From: a virus
Direction: 5' to 3' (one strand)
Length of the DNA: 64,000 bases
IMG/VR virus record: IMGVR_UViG_3300045049_000079
Coordinates: 25,831 to 89,830 of that record
Below, piece after piece: positions 40,039 through 49,403 of the stretch (positions are counted from its first letter, which is position 1; every line of letters begins with the position of its first letter). A model generated the notes under the pieces. The model did not search any database. It worked only from the letters and a program-made list of their open reading frames with translations, and had not been told where the DNA came from. The position numbers and the translations under genes are program-made.

Positions 40039-42864
40039 ATGCTGACATATAGTTCCAATCTTAAAGCTATTCTTGACACAGCAACTACTAAGCTTGATTG
40101 GGCTAACAAGTTGCAAAATGCATTAGGTCAGGTGCGAACCCTAAGATGCTTCCGGGATGCTAATAGCGCAGCAACCGACCCTGTTTCTACAGGTATTGAG
40201 TTTCTGAATATGAAGTCTTCTGGAGCACTTAAAATCACATCGGGCAATATTACCGGGTTCGGTAAGCTGTCCAATATGACGATCCATAATGCTGTTGACC
40301 TTTCTACTGGCGCTTCTGTTCTGCGTCTTGAGGGCAATGGCTATTGGGTGCAAGGTACGCTGGGACTTCCTAGCTCGGGTTGCGACTATCTACTGCCGAG
40401 TAATCCTACCGGGTTGCCCAACACAGGTTATGCTTTTGCTACAGGCGCAGGTACAAAAGCCCCGCGTCTTCTGGCATCTGGCACAGGTCCGAAAGCTCCA
40501 CCAATTCAGTCTACAACACCAACCATCATTGAATTGGTTGATTGGACCGATCCTGCAAACCCTGTCGTCGTCGGCATTGCCACCTTCAAAGAAGTGAATC
40601 GGCAAGATGATTGGGTGTTTCAGGATGCTGAGATGGCGGCTGAAATTGGTGACGTGGCTGTCTATCAAGTCGATAACACAATCAAATGGACAAGCCCAAT
40701 TGCACCACGCCGGTTTGAACTTGGCGGGTTACTGCTGATTGCGTCGAATTATAATACCGAAAATGGTGTAACGCAGCTTGAGCAAATGCTTCTGTCGTTT
40801 AAGCCTTACGGACGATGGGCGACGTATCCGGGGATGGATACGTTTGTGCGAGCCAAATGGCCTATAATCGACAATACAACGTCACCTCCGACATATGGAC
40901 CTTGCTCCAATCCAGATACAGCAGACCGTACCATTCCACCGCCGTTTAAGATTAATCTATACACTCAGACTGGATACAACAACGGTTCACCAAATCGAAC
41001 TCCAGCCTTCACGCACGAGTGGAAAGCATTTAACGATAAGCCGACGCTGCCTATCAATTCTCCGCAACTGTCCGAGGTGCAGACAACAGATGAGCCGTCG
41101 ATCCCACGCTTCAATTGCGGGATGATGCTTCCTTGGCAGAATATCCGCACGCGTCTTTCGTCCAAAGCTGGTAAGTATTTCCCAGGCGTTGAGACATATT
41201 CGTACGATCACCCAGTTTTTGGCACTCACGGCGGACCAAGCTCCAATGCATTTCACCCGTTGGCTGCATACAGATATGGGCAAGCTGACAGTATGGCGCA
41301 CTGGTATGTGTTGCCACCGTATCCGTTGAAAAACGACCAAGCCAAGGATGACGCTTATCTGACAGCTTACGAGTCTCGTCCGCGTGACCCTAATATGTTT
41401 ACAAACCGCGATCACTATCCTTGGTATCGTGCAATGGGTTACAAATATCAGCCCGGAAGCTTGTCTGGACATGATTGGGTGACTGGTAAAGGGGGTCAGC
41501 GTTTTGATCGTTCCCCGTCTCCTTCTGTGTTGGCAATCTATGCTGCTAACCAGAATTGGAAGCGCCCTGAAGGTAATGTGCCTATTCGTGATTTGATCGA
41601 AGGTTGGGGTATGGCATATTTTAACCATTCCAACCATTGGGTGAAGAATGTCCAAACTTTTGAATCCTTGCCGAAAGCTGACATGCTTGCAGGTAAATGG
41701 TTGTTTGTTGGTGCATACTATGGTATTGAAACTGCTTATGCAGCATTAGGTCAGCCGAGTGGTCCGCAAGTCTCTATTGATATCTGCGGCCTTATCAACG
41801 GGCGAAGCCGCACAGCGTTTCATAATGACCCTGAAGGGTACATGTACTATTCGGGTTGGCAACGAGATTCACTGCACAGCTATTGCAATGCTGGCTGGTG
41901 GGCTATGATGTTGAATAGCCCAATGCACGCCATCGCGGTAAAACACGACTTTGATACTCAGTGGATGAGTTCTCTTGGTGATGCTCGCCCTACTACAGAC
42001 CCTAGAACTTATTACGGTCAACGTATCCATGCTTGGCGTATTTTGGCGCATGTGATGGCTTGGAAATGCGCCACAGAGCACCCGTTGGGGTATTCGAGGG
42101 AAGAGATTGAAGCGCGCTTACAAATTGAACTAGAACTTCTTTACGACAGGATTTCCAAGCCTGCCTTCATCGATAACGAGCAAACTATTTGGTCGGCGGC
42201 TATCCGCAATCTCGGGACTGGAGTTAGTGTCAATCCTGCTGGGGACATGTATCAAACAGCCGGTGGCTCACTAGGGCTCTATATGGTTCATACGTTGACA
42301 TTGATGCGGCAAGTTGGGATGTGGGCTGCAATGCGCAAACGTAGCGACAAATGTAAGACTGCACTAGATATGATGATCCGCAATCTTGACCGTTTTGTCA
42401 TTGATTACGTCATGGACACCGATTGTAGAGACGCGTATTACGCTCTGGCTATTGTTGGTAAACCGTCTGCGTCTCAGTACACAGTTGCAGATGTCCCTGC
42501 TGACTGGGTAGCGCAAAAAGCAATGTTGGATCAATACTTACCGCCTTTGCCACCAGCAACAGACCCGAATACTGCTGCAACTTATCCATCACCTCAAAGA
42601 TTCAAAAGATTCCTTACGTCTTACAGTGATAGAGCAGATGAACAAACAGGTTGCCCACACTTGTATATGCAGTATTTGAAGGCACGTCGTGATTATTGGC
42701 CCGATTATCCTAATGCACGTCTGAACGATGCTATTGCAAAACTTCAGGCAGAGTATGACGCTTACTTAGTCAAGAGGGCGGCAGGACAAGCTTATCCGAT
42801 GTCCTATTTGTTCCCTTCACACGGCCCGTTGCTGCCGCCGACTGAAGTTGGTCCGAAAGACTGA
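40039..42864 (+). CDS. large virion-associated protein, possibly carbohydrate-active
   Basis: 941 aa; fibre-like N-terminus, Trp/Tyr/His-rich helical C-terminal half. Confidence 0.5.
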   Translation: MLTYSSNLKAILDTATTKLDWANKLQNALGQVRTLRCFRDANSAATDPVSTGIEFLNMKSSGALKITSGNITGFGKLSNMTIHNAVDLSTGASVLRLEGNGYWVQGTLGLPSSGCDYLLPSNPTGLPNTGYAFATGAGTKAPRLLASGTGPKAPPIQSTTPTIIELVDWTDPANPVVVGIATFKEVNRQDDWVFQDAEMAAEIGDVAVYQVDNTIKWTSPIAPRRFELGGLLLIASNYNTENGVTQLEQMLLSFKPYGRWATYPGMDTFVRAKWPIIDNTTSPPTYGPCSNPDTADRTIPPPFKINLYTQTGYNNGSPNRTPAFTHEWKAFNDKPTLPINSPQLSEVQTTDEPSIPRFNCGMMLPWQNIRTRLSSKAGKYFPGVETYSYDHPVFGTHGGPSSNAFHPLAAYRYGQADSMAHWYVLPPYPLKNDQAKDDAYLTAYESRPRDPNMFTNRDHYPWYRAMGYKYQPGSLSGHDWVTGKGGQRFDRSPSPSVLAIYAANQNWKRPEGNVPIRDLIEGWGMAYFNHSNHWVKNVQTFESLPKADMLAGKWLFVGAYYGIETAYAALGQPSGPQVSIDICGLINGRSRTAFHNDPEGYMYYSGWQRDSLHSYCNAGWWAMMLNSPMHAIAVKHDFDTQWMSSLGDARPTTDPRTYYGQRIHAWRILAHVMAWKCATEHPLGYSREEIEARLQIELELLYDRISKPAFIDNEQTIWSAAIRNLGTGVSVNPAGDMYQTAGGSLGLYMVHTLTLMRQVGMWAAMRKRSDKCKTALDMMIRNLDRFVIDYVMDTDCRDAYYALAIVGKPSASQYTVADVPADWVAQKAMLDQYLPPLPPATDPNTAATYPSPQRFKRFLTSYSDRADEQTGCPHLYMQYLKARRDYWPDYPNARLNDAIAKLQAEYDAYLVKRAAGQAYPMSYLFPSHGPLLPPTEVGPKD

Positions 42865-42922
42865 GGCGAGCTATGAAATTTTATTTGCAGATGTGTTCTG
42901 CGTTAACCTATGAGGATGTATA

Positions 42923-45739
42923 ATGGCAACTATCACTACACTCAAGATTGGTAGCGCAGCTTCGGGTCGAGACTTTCCTACTGTCAATGCAGCTTGGGCG
43001 TCCACGCCTAATGACTGGGTTGCCGCTGATGTAGCCTACATTTTCGAAATGTACAATGATTCCGAGTTTGTTCCAACAGCTGTTTGGAACTTTACCGGAA
43101 GGAACATGGACGCCACTCACAATTTAGTGGTTCGTCCAGCAGCAGGGCAAGGTTTCAAAGATAATCCAAATCTTCTAACCAATGCTCTGCGGTATAATCA
43201 AGCCAACGGTGTTGCTGTCAATTTTAACTTCAGCTACGCCACACACATCACAGTTGGGGACTACGTAACTGTTGATGGGTTGCAAATCAAATCTGCGGGT
43301 GTAGGGGGTGCCTGCTCAGTGTCCGTGGTAGGCACAACTACAACAGGAAAACTTAACAATAGTTTGATTGAGTTTTCTGGCAATAACAGCTACGCGCGAG
43401 CTATTCAAGTTAAGTCAGGTTCGGCAAGAAACACATACGTTATCCTGACAGGTCTAGCTTGCGAAGGTTTGCATTTCAATGCATATGGTGTTTCTCCGTA
43501 CGCTGAGAACATCACTGTTGTGAGGTTGTCTAATCTTGCTGCACCAACGATGCCCGCTTACGGTAGCGATATTGCAGGGGCTAAACTGACAAACTGCGCA
43601 GGATTTGGTTGCAGTGCATTTTCGACACGTTCGGATTTCACAGGCTCTAACAACGCCAGCGATGGCAATATTCTGTTTGGTATTAACAACAAGACCAATC
43701 TTGTTTATTCGAGTCAGTTCATTGACACTGTTGCTGACTTCAAAGTTAAAGCTGGTTCGGGACTGATTGATGCAGGCACAGCGCCTAGCACAGACAACAT
43801 TACAACAATCTCAGGTGTTCGTCAGCAAGGCACTTCTGCTGATATCGGCGCTTGGGAGACACCTTCGTCTATTCAGGCACCTACAGCAACTGTTACGAAT
43901 GTAGCAACAACTAATCAAAATGTTGTAATTACAGGTACGACGACGGGCAGCCCCACTAGCGGTACAGCGTCCTTGGCTGTGACGGCGATGGCCTACAACT
44001 CCGGTGTTGCACAAGGTCCGGTAAACCTAACGTTTGGCTCTGGTACATTCACCGCAACGTTCCCTTCCGTGACGGCAGGCCGTTATTCGCTAAGCTTTTC
44101 TGTCGCTAATGCGTATTACAACATTGCGGGAACTAACCCGCTCGGCACTATTGATGTTGTCGGACCACAAGCACTCAGCTTAGTGCAGGATGATGTAACT
44201 CCTGGGCAGATTCTTACGATTCATGGTACTGTGCAAAATGCCACGTCTGGTCAGTTGATTGTCCCTGCATCTGTAAGTAATCCGGGTGTCGCAAGTCCAA
44301 GTGTTGCTGTAACTATCAATACGAGCGTTACACCGAACACGTTTACAGTCTCTACAGGGTTGGCTCCGGGAACCTATGACGCACCTATCCTGTTATTTAC
44401 AGGTCCGGGCGGAACTAGCTTACCGCAATCTGGCACGCAAGGTGTCGTGGTAGTTGGCCCGAGGGCACTGACAGTTGTTCAAGACCCTGTGGACGGGCAA
44501 ACACTCACAATCCACGGTACGGTTGAAAAAGCGACGGCAGGTCAACTTGTAGTCCCTGCGGATGCAACAAATCCTAATGGTGCAATTACTCAAACAGTAG
44601 CTGTAACTATCGACACCACAGTGACGCCAAACACATACACTGTAAGCGTCGATCTTCCTGGCGGTAATTATGATGCACCTATCCTAACCTTCTCCAATTA
44701 TCTTGGGTCGAGTCAGCCCCAACTTGGCACATCGGCTGTTTCGATTATGGCGATTAGTGGATATCCGCAAGCGCCTATGCCTGACACAACGGTAGCTGCT
44801 GATACGACTCCTCCTGTGATGGTTGGATCGCTCACAGTAACAGGTATAACGTCAAATGGGTACACAGTCTCTTGGCAAGCTGCTACGGATAATGCTAGTG
44901 TCGCAGGATACGAAATTGCAACTGACGGTGTAAACTATGCTCCTATCGGTAATGTTCTAACATACACCACGTCGTCTGCCAATCCGTCGTCTACGTATAA
45001 CGTTAAAGTGCGGGCAGTTGATACGTCGTCAAACAAATCTGATCCACTCAACGCAATAGTCACAACTCTTGCAGCAGTAGATGCGACGCCTCCTGTAATG
45101 ACTGGGGCGATTGCTGTAAGCAATGTTATTGCCACACAGTTTGATATTGCATGGCAGGCTGCTACGGACAACGTTGCTGTCTCCGGTTATGAGTATAGCC
45201 TGAATAGTGGGACGTGGGTAGATGTTGGAACTAACCTCACTACGTCAGTTGTAGGCGTTACTGCAAACACAACGTACACTGTGCAAGTACGGGCATACGA
45301 CCCTTCTGGTAACAGGTCGGTTCCACTCAGCACAACAGTAAAAACTGCCAACTACGTTCAGTTTAACGGATTCACACCCTCTGTTGCTAGAACGATTAGC
45401 GTCAAGTCGCTTCCCCCGTTATTCACAGGTGGCAAGTGGTGGACACTGACAGATATTAAACGTCCTCGTGGCCTTAAAGACCCGGATGCAATTATCGATA
45501 TTACGTTCGATTGGACAGACTGGCTTGCAGATATTGGCGGCCCTACAGTGTCGGCGGTTACGTTTACTCTGAATGGTTTGAGCAGCGTGGGCACATTCTC
45601 TGACGGAGATAAAACTACAGTGTTTGTTGCAGGCGGAACGGCTGGCAGTAGCGCAGCAGTATCATGCATGATTACAACCTACACAAACCCTCCACGGACA
45701 GATCAACGTACCGTGTATATCGACATTGCGGAGGAATGA
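42923..45739 (+). CDS. fibre protein: beta-helix-like domain, duplicated Ig-like domains, two FN3 domains, C-terminal adaptor domain
   Basis: NNASD...DF......LIDAG...DIGAWE; LTIHGTV repeat; WQAATDN...GYE. Confidence 0.7.
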   Translation: MATITTLKIGSAASGRDFPTVNAAWASTPNDWVAADVAYIFEMYNDSEFVPTAVWNFTGRNMDATHNLVVRPAAGQGFKDNPNLLTNALRYNQANGVAVNFNFSYATHITVGDYVTVDGLQIKSAGVGGACSVSVVGTTTTGKLNNSLIEFSGNNSYARAIQVKSGSARNTYVILTGLACEGLHFNAYGVSPYAENITVVRLSNLAAPTMPAYGSDIAGAKLTNCAGFGCSAFSTRSDFTGSNNASDGNILFGINNKTNLVYSSQFIDTVADFKVKAGSGLIDAGTAPSTDNITTISGVRQQGTSADIGAWETPSSIQAPTATVTNVATTNQNVVITGTTTGSPTSGTASLAVTAMAYNSGVAQGPVNLTFGSGTFTATFPSVTAGRYSLSFSVANAYYNIAGTNPLGTIDVVGPQALSLVQDDVTPGQILTIHGTVQNATSGQLIVPASVSNPGVASPSVAVTINTSVTPNTFTVSTGLAPGTYDAPILLFTGPGGTSLPQSGTQGVVVVGPRALTVVQDPVDGQTLTIHGTVEKATAGQLVVPADATNPNGAITQTVAVTIDTTVTPNTYTVSVDLPGGNYDAPILTFSNYLGSSQPQLGTSAVSIMAISGYPQAPMPDTTVAADTTPPVMVGSLTVTGITSNGYTVSWQAATDNASVAGYEIATDGVNYAPIGNVLTYTTSSANPSSTYNVKVRAVDTSSNKSDPLNAIVTTLAAVDATPPVMTGAIAVSNVIATQFDIAWQAATDNVAVSGYEYSLNSGTWVDVGTNLTTSVVGVTANTTYTVQVRAYDPSGNRSVPLSTTVKTANYVQFNGFTPSVARTISVKSLPPLFTGGKWWTLTDIKRPRGLKDPDAIIDITFDWTDWLADIGGPTVSAVTFTLNGLSSVGTFSDGDKTTVFVAGGTAGSSAAVSCMITTYTNPPRTDQRTVYIDIAEE

Positions 45740-46137
45740 TGAAATCTTGTTCTGTTATTGTTCTCAACGAAGCATTGGACAAGAACGATGTTACGTTTGC
45801 TGCAAAGCCTCGTGTAGAACTTAAAGCCGTCCCGTACGGCTTGTTCAAGAAGCAAATCGTTCGGACTCAAGCTGAAGTTGGACAAGAGGCGTTTGCCATG
45901 TTTGAGGCACCTACAAACCTCCCTGCGGAAATCGCGGGGATGGCTTTCTTCTTGACAGTTTCCAATACTGCTGGAGTGGTGTTTGAAGTCAAGGGAAAGG
46001 TTAGTGCGGATGTCAAAGGCTTTGTATCTTTCAAGATGAAACCGCTTGATGTTGGTTTCTACTCGTACTCTGTTGCTGTACGTTCTGACGGATATTCTCA
46101 AACGATTCTTGAAGGGACGTACGTTGTTCAGGCTTAA
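45736..46137 (+). CDS. hypothetical virion protein
   Basis: ATGA-coupled, GGAGG RBS. Confidence 0.6.
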   Translation: MMKSCSVIVLNEALDKNDVTFAAKPRVELKAVPYGLFKKQIVRTQAEVGQEAFAMFEAPTNLPAEIAGMAFFLTVSNTAGVVFEVKGKVSADVKGFVSFKMKPLDVGFYSYSVAVRSDGYSQTILEGTYVVQA

Positions 46138-46139
46138 AA

Positions 46140-46168
46140 TTGACAAGATTGTTAGCTGGTGCTATAAT
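46140..46168 (+). promoter_or_regulatory. late-class promoter (TTGACAAGAT)
   Basis: TTGACA-17-TATAAT with TGn. Confidence 0.8.
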
Positions 46169-46189
46169 TCTGATCTATAAGGGAGATGT

Positions 46190-46633
46190 ATGGGAAGCTT
46201 CGCTGATTCTCTCAAGTCTAACATTCAACGTGTTCAACAAGAAGTTAACACCAAGATTAACTTTGTTGCTTACACTCTGTTCTACAAAATCGTAAACAAC
46301 TCTCCTCATGTTGGCGATGGTCCATATGTTGCAGGGCATTTCGTTGCTAACTGGTGGCCTGCTGTTAATTCTTACGACACGTCCATCACATCTGCTACGA
46401 GTGACGGTGGAGACAGTTTAGCCAGGATTGATAGTATTGTCAAGCAGTCGAGTGCGTTCTTTCAGAAGGATGGCTTCGTAAGCTTGTCTAACAATCTTAA
46501 CTATGCATTCCGTGTCGAGTACGCTGCTTGGCCTGCTGGTAAAGACCCTGTCAGCGGTTGGACGTGGACAGGCTTGCGGAGGTACTACGCCCCTGTGGCT
46601 GTCAGTTTCGTTAATATGAAGGGTCTTATCTAA
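46190..46633 (+). CDS. tail completion protein (HK97 gp10-like)
   Basis: SP...G.F.ANW, NNL.YA...EY. Confidence 0.7.
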   Translation: MGSFADSLKSNIQRVQQEVNTKINFVAYTLFYKIVNNSPHVGDGPYVAGHFVANWWPAVNSYDTSITSATSDGGDSLARIDSIVKQSSAFFQKDGFVSLSNNLNYAFRVEYAAWPAGKDPVSGWTWTGLRRYYAPVAVSFVNMKGLI

Positions 46634-47025
46634 TGAACATTCGTCAAGAAGTGGAAGTTGCGCTTAGGGCGTATGCTACAGACAAGAACATTCCTATTGC
46701 TGTAGAGGGAGTTCCTTTCACGAAGCCTTCTTCGGGCAATTGGATTGAGCTTGTATTCTTGGGGTCTAATACGATGAACCCAACGATTGATGGCTCAAGA
46801 ATTCGTAAGACAGGTGTGTTTCAGATTAACTGTTACACGCCAAGCGGAAAGGGGATGAAAGCGCTTGATACACTCTCTGACGAGATTATTGCACTGTTCC
46901 CTTTCAACCAACGCGATTTGTTCCAAACCTTCTATGTTGAACAAACACCTAATGCTAGTCAGGCAATGATTGATGCGGCGTTCTTGTGGTGTGCTGTGAG
47001 GGTGAAATATAGGCAGGAGATGTAA
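46633..47025 (+). CDS. tail terminator protein (DUF4128-like)
   Basis: G.FQI....P.G.G motif; position. Confidence 0.7.
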   Translation: MNIRQEVEVALRAYATDKNIPIAVEGVPFTKPSSGNWIELVFLGSNTMNPTIDGSRIRKTGVFQINCYTPSGKGMKALDTLSDEIIALFPFNQRDLFQTFYVEQTPNASQAMIDAAFLWCAVRVKYRQEM

Positions 47026-47076
47026 GAATCTTATAACCTGCAATTTTTAGTAAATTTAATAAACAAAGGAAATAAA

Positions 47077-47526
47077 ATGTCTGGCTCTCTTGCTATTTCG
47101 GCAGCAACAACTTCTATTAGTATCTCTACCGCCCTCCCTGCAACATACGATGCAACTGGTTTTGCAGCTTGCACATGGATTCCTATTGCAGAGGTCAGCC
47201 AATTAGGCGTATTTGGGGGTAAGGCCACGATTATCAAACATATCCCTATCGACGTTGCGAACGTTGTGAAGCGCGCTGGGAGTGTGGATTATGGTACAAT
47301 CTCGATGACTCTTGCAAAACACGCAGGTACAGATTATACTGCACTGCAATCTGCTTTTGCATCGCGCGCTCCGGCTGCATTCAAGGTGCAGTATCCGGGA
47401 ACACTTGGAAAAGATTATTTTTCCGGGATTGTCACATCGTTGCAGGTCAACGTGGGTACAGCAGACAAGATTCTTGAAAACACTATCGATATTGAACTCG
47501 ATAACGCAATCGTTAGCGGGTCGTAA
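47077..47526 (+). CDS. major tail tube protein
   Basis: PATYDA.GF, G..GG, K..GS.DYG motifs; followed by a terminator. Confidence 0.8.
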   Translation: MSGSLAISAATTSISISTALPATYDATGFAACTWIPIAEVSQLGVFGGKATIIKHIPIDVANVVKRAGSVDYGTISMTLAKHAGTDYTALQSAFASRAPAAFKVQYPGTLGKDYFSGIVTSLQVNVGTADKILENTIDIELDNAIVSGS

Positions 47527-47531
47527 TAAAT

Positions 47532-47550
47532 AAGGGCTTCGGCCCTTTGT
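47532..47550 (+). terminator. terminator
   Basis: AAGGGC-TTCG-GCCCTT TGT. Confidence 0.65.
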
Positions 47551-47658
47551 AGGGATACGTTGTGAAACGCTCCCTGCGAAATGCAACAAGAGACAAGGGA
47601 CTTCATATCCCCTCTCTTAGCATTCTTAAGACCATTGAGAATATTAAGAAAGAGGATT

Positions 47659-48480
47659 ATGGCCTTAACACAAGAAGAATTCATCAAACGCAGTACTGAT
47701 ATACACAATAATTTTTACGACTATTCCGTAACAATATTCAAGAAAGTGTACGAGGACGTAGAAATAATTTGTCCCGTCCATGGTGTGTTCTCACAACTCG
47801 CTAGGAGGCATTTGATGGGCAAGGGTTGCCATGCATGCGGGTTAATAACAATAGGCAGAATGGGGCAGCAAAGAGCCGCTGAAAAGTTTGTACGAGAAGC
47901 ATCTAGCATGCCGCAACATGCTGGTAAGGGTTATTCGTACGAAAAGACTGTGTATGTAAAATCAAAAGAAAAAGTAGTTATTACGTGCCCCGCACATGGC
48001 GATTTTAGCATTACTCCCCATAGCCATTTGCAAGGTCAGGGGTGCAGTAAGTGCGCAAATGAGCGCAGAACTAAACACACGTTTAAATCTGTAGCAGAAT
48101 CAGTCTTTTATGAGCTTGAAAACGGATTTACTCCTTATAAACCTGGCGTGCTGTACATTTTGAAATGTGGAAATGTCGTCAAGATTGGCATATCCAATAA
48201 TGACCCCCGCTATCGCAGCGAGAGTGCTTCAAAGACATCCGGTTATGATTTCAAAGTGAGGACAGTCTACATGTTTGACAGTGGCCGTATCGCACAAATT
48301 GTGGAAACTGAAATTCTCAGGCTGTTAAGAAAGATGTACAAACAACCTTTGCATAAATTCGACGGATACACAGAGACGTTTTTAGATGTAGATATGCCAC
48401 ATCTGCTACACAGTCTTGAGACTATTCTTTCTGTAATCGAAGGGCAAAATAGCCCTAACCCCGCTTCACAAGAAGCATAA
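47659..48480 (+). CDS. putative homing endonuclease (zinc repeats plus GIY-YIG-like domain)
   Basis: LTQEEFI, CP.HG.F, GC..C, GF...KPG.LY...KIGIS, G.TE.F. Confidence 0.7.
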   Translation: MALTQEEFIKRSTDIHNNFYDYSVTIFKKVYEDVEIICPVHGVFSQLARRHLMGKGCHACGLITIGRMGQQRAAEKFVREASSMPQHAGKGYSYEKTVYVKSKEKVVITCPAHGDFSITPHSHLQGQGCSKCANERRTKHTFKSVAESVFYELENGFTPYKPGVLYILKCGNVVKIGISNNDPRYRSESASKTSGYDFKVRTVYMFDSGRIAQIVETEILRLLRKMYKQPLHKFDGYTETFLDVDMPHLLHSLETILSVIEGQNSPNPASQEA

Positions 48481-48501
48481 TATAAATAAAGGAACTCTAC
48501 C

Positions 48502-48918
48502 ATGACTTTTGAACTTAATTCGCTAGCCCTCTCGGAAGAAACTACTGTACAGCTTCTGCACCCTGTCACTGAAGCCCCTCTGTTCGCACCTGTAGGAAAA
48601 GGTGAAGACCCTGAGTCGAAACCTGTACAAGTAACCGTCAAAGGCACTGCTTCGCAAGCGTATCGTAAAGCTGTTGACACTATGATGAAGCGCGCTGCTA
48701 AGCGAGGCAAGCGTGAAGCGACGCCTGAAGAAGTTCGTGAACAGAGTGTTGACTTCCTCGTCGCTCTTTCGGTTAAAATTGACAACATGACTCTTGACGG
48801 TGAACCTGTCGATAATGCAGATGCGTTCCGTAAGATGTACTCTGATGCACGGTACGACTGGGTGAAAGACCAAGTTAACAATGCTATTTCGAGCGTTGAA
48901 GGTTTTTTGGCTCGGTAA
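48502..48918 (+). CDS. tail assembly chaperone (G)
   Basis: L.HP.T motif; position before the tape measure gene. Confidence 0.8.
   Translation: MTFELNSLALSEETTVQLLHPVTEAPLFAPVGKGEDPESKPVQVTVKGTASQAYRKAVDTMMKRAAKRGKREATPEEVREQSVDFLVALSVKIDNMTLDGEPVDNADAFRKMYSDARYDWVKDQVNNAISSVEGFLAR
48901..48909 (+). other. -1 programmed frameshift site GGT-TTT-TTG
   Basis: T-TTT-TTG heptamer; the -1 frame is open into the 48948-49403 ORF. Confidence 0.7.
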
Positions 48919-48947
48919 CGAGTGTCCTGACGCTATATTGCCGTCAG

Positions 48948-49403
48948 TTGGCATTCTTGGGAGCAATACCTGACAAAAGCAAAAAAAGCCGTATCGAGCA
49001 AGCCCAAGGGACTTCCTTGGGTGAGCGTGATGAAGACGGCAACTTAATCAAAGCGATAGCAGAGATTCAATTGCCCCCTGTCCCAGCGGAGCTTGAGTAT
49101 TTGCTATCGCTTTATTTTCTTTCCGGGCAGTGCATTCATACAGGAATGAGCATCACGCCTTTAACCTGGGTCGAGATTGAAGCATTTATCAGAGTTAACA
49201 AACTCAAGCTCATGTTGTGGGAAGTGGAGCTTATTAAGAAAATGTCTGAAGCGTATTGTGCAGAGTCTCACAAGGCTACAGACCCTCAGCGCCCTCCTCC
49301 TTATAAAGAGGTGAAGGAAGACGACGAAATCGATAAGATCGCTGCTGCTATGAGAATGAGAGAGCAGATGCAACTTTTGAAAGGGAATAGAAATGGCTCT
49401 TGA
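48948..49403 (+). CDS. tail chaperone frameshift extension (T portion)
   Basis: PLTW.EI.A motif; lacks its own good start. Confidence 0.7.
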   Translation: MAFLGAIPDKSKKSRIEQAQGTSLGERDEDGNLIKAIAEIQLPPVPAELEYLLSLYFLSGQCIHTGMSITPLTWVEIEAFIRVNKLKLMLWEVELIKKMSEAYCAESHKATDPQRPPPYKEVKEDDEIDKIAAAMRMREQMQLLKGNRNGS

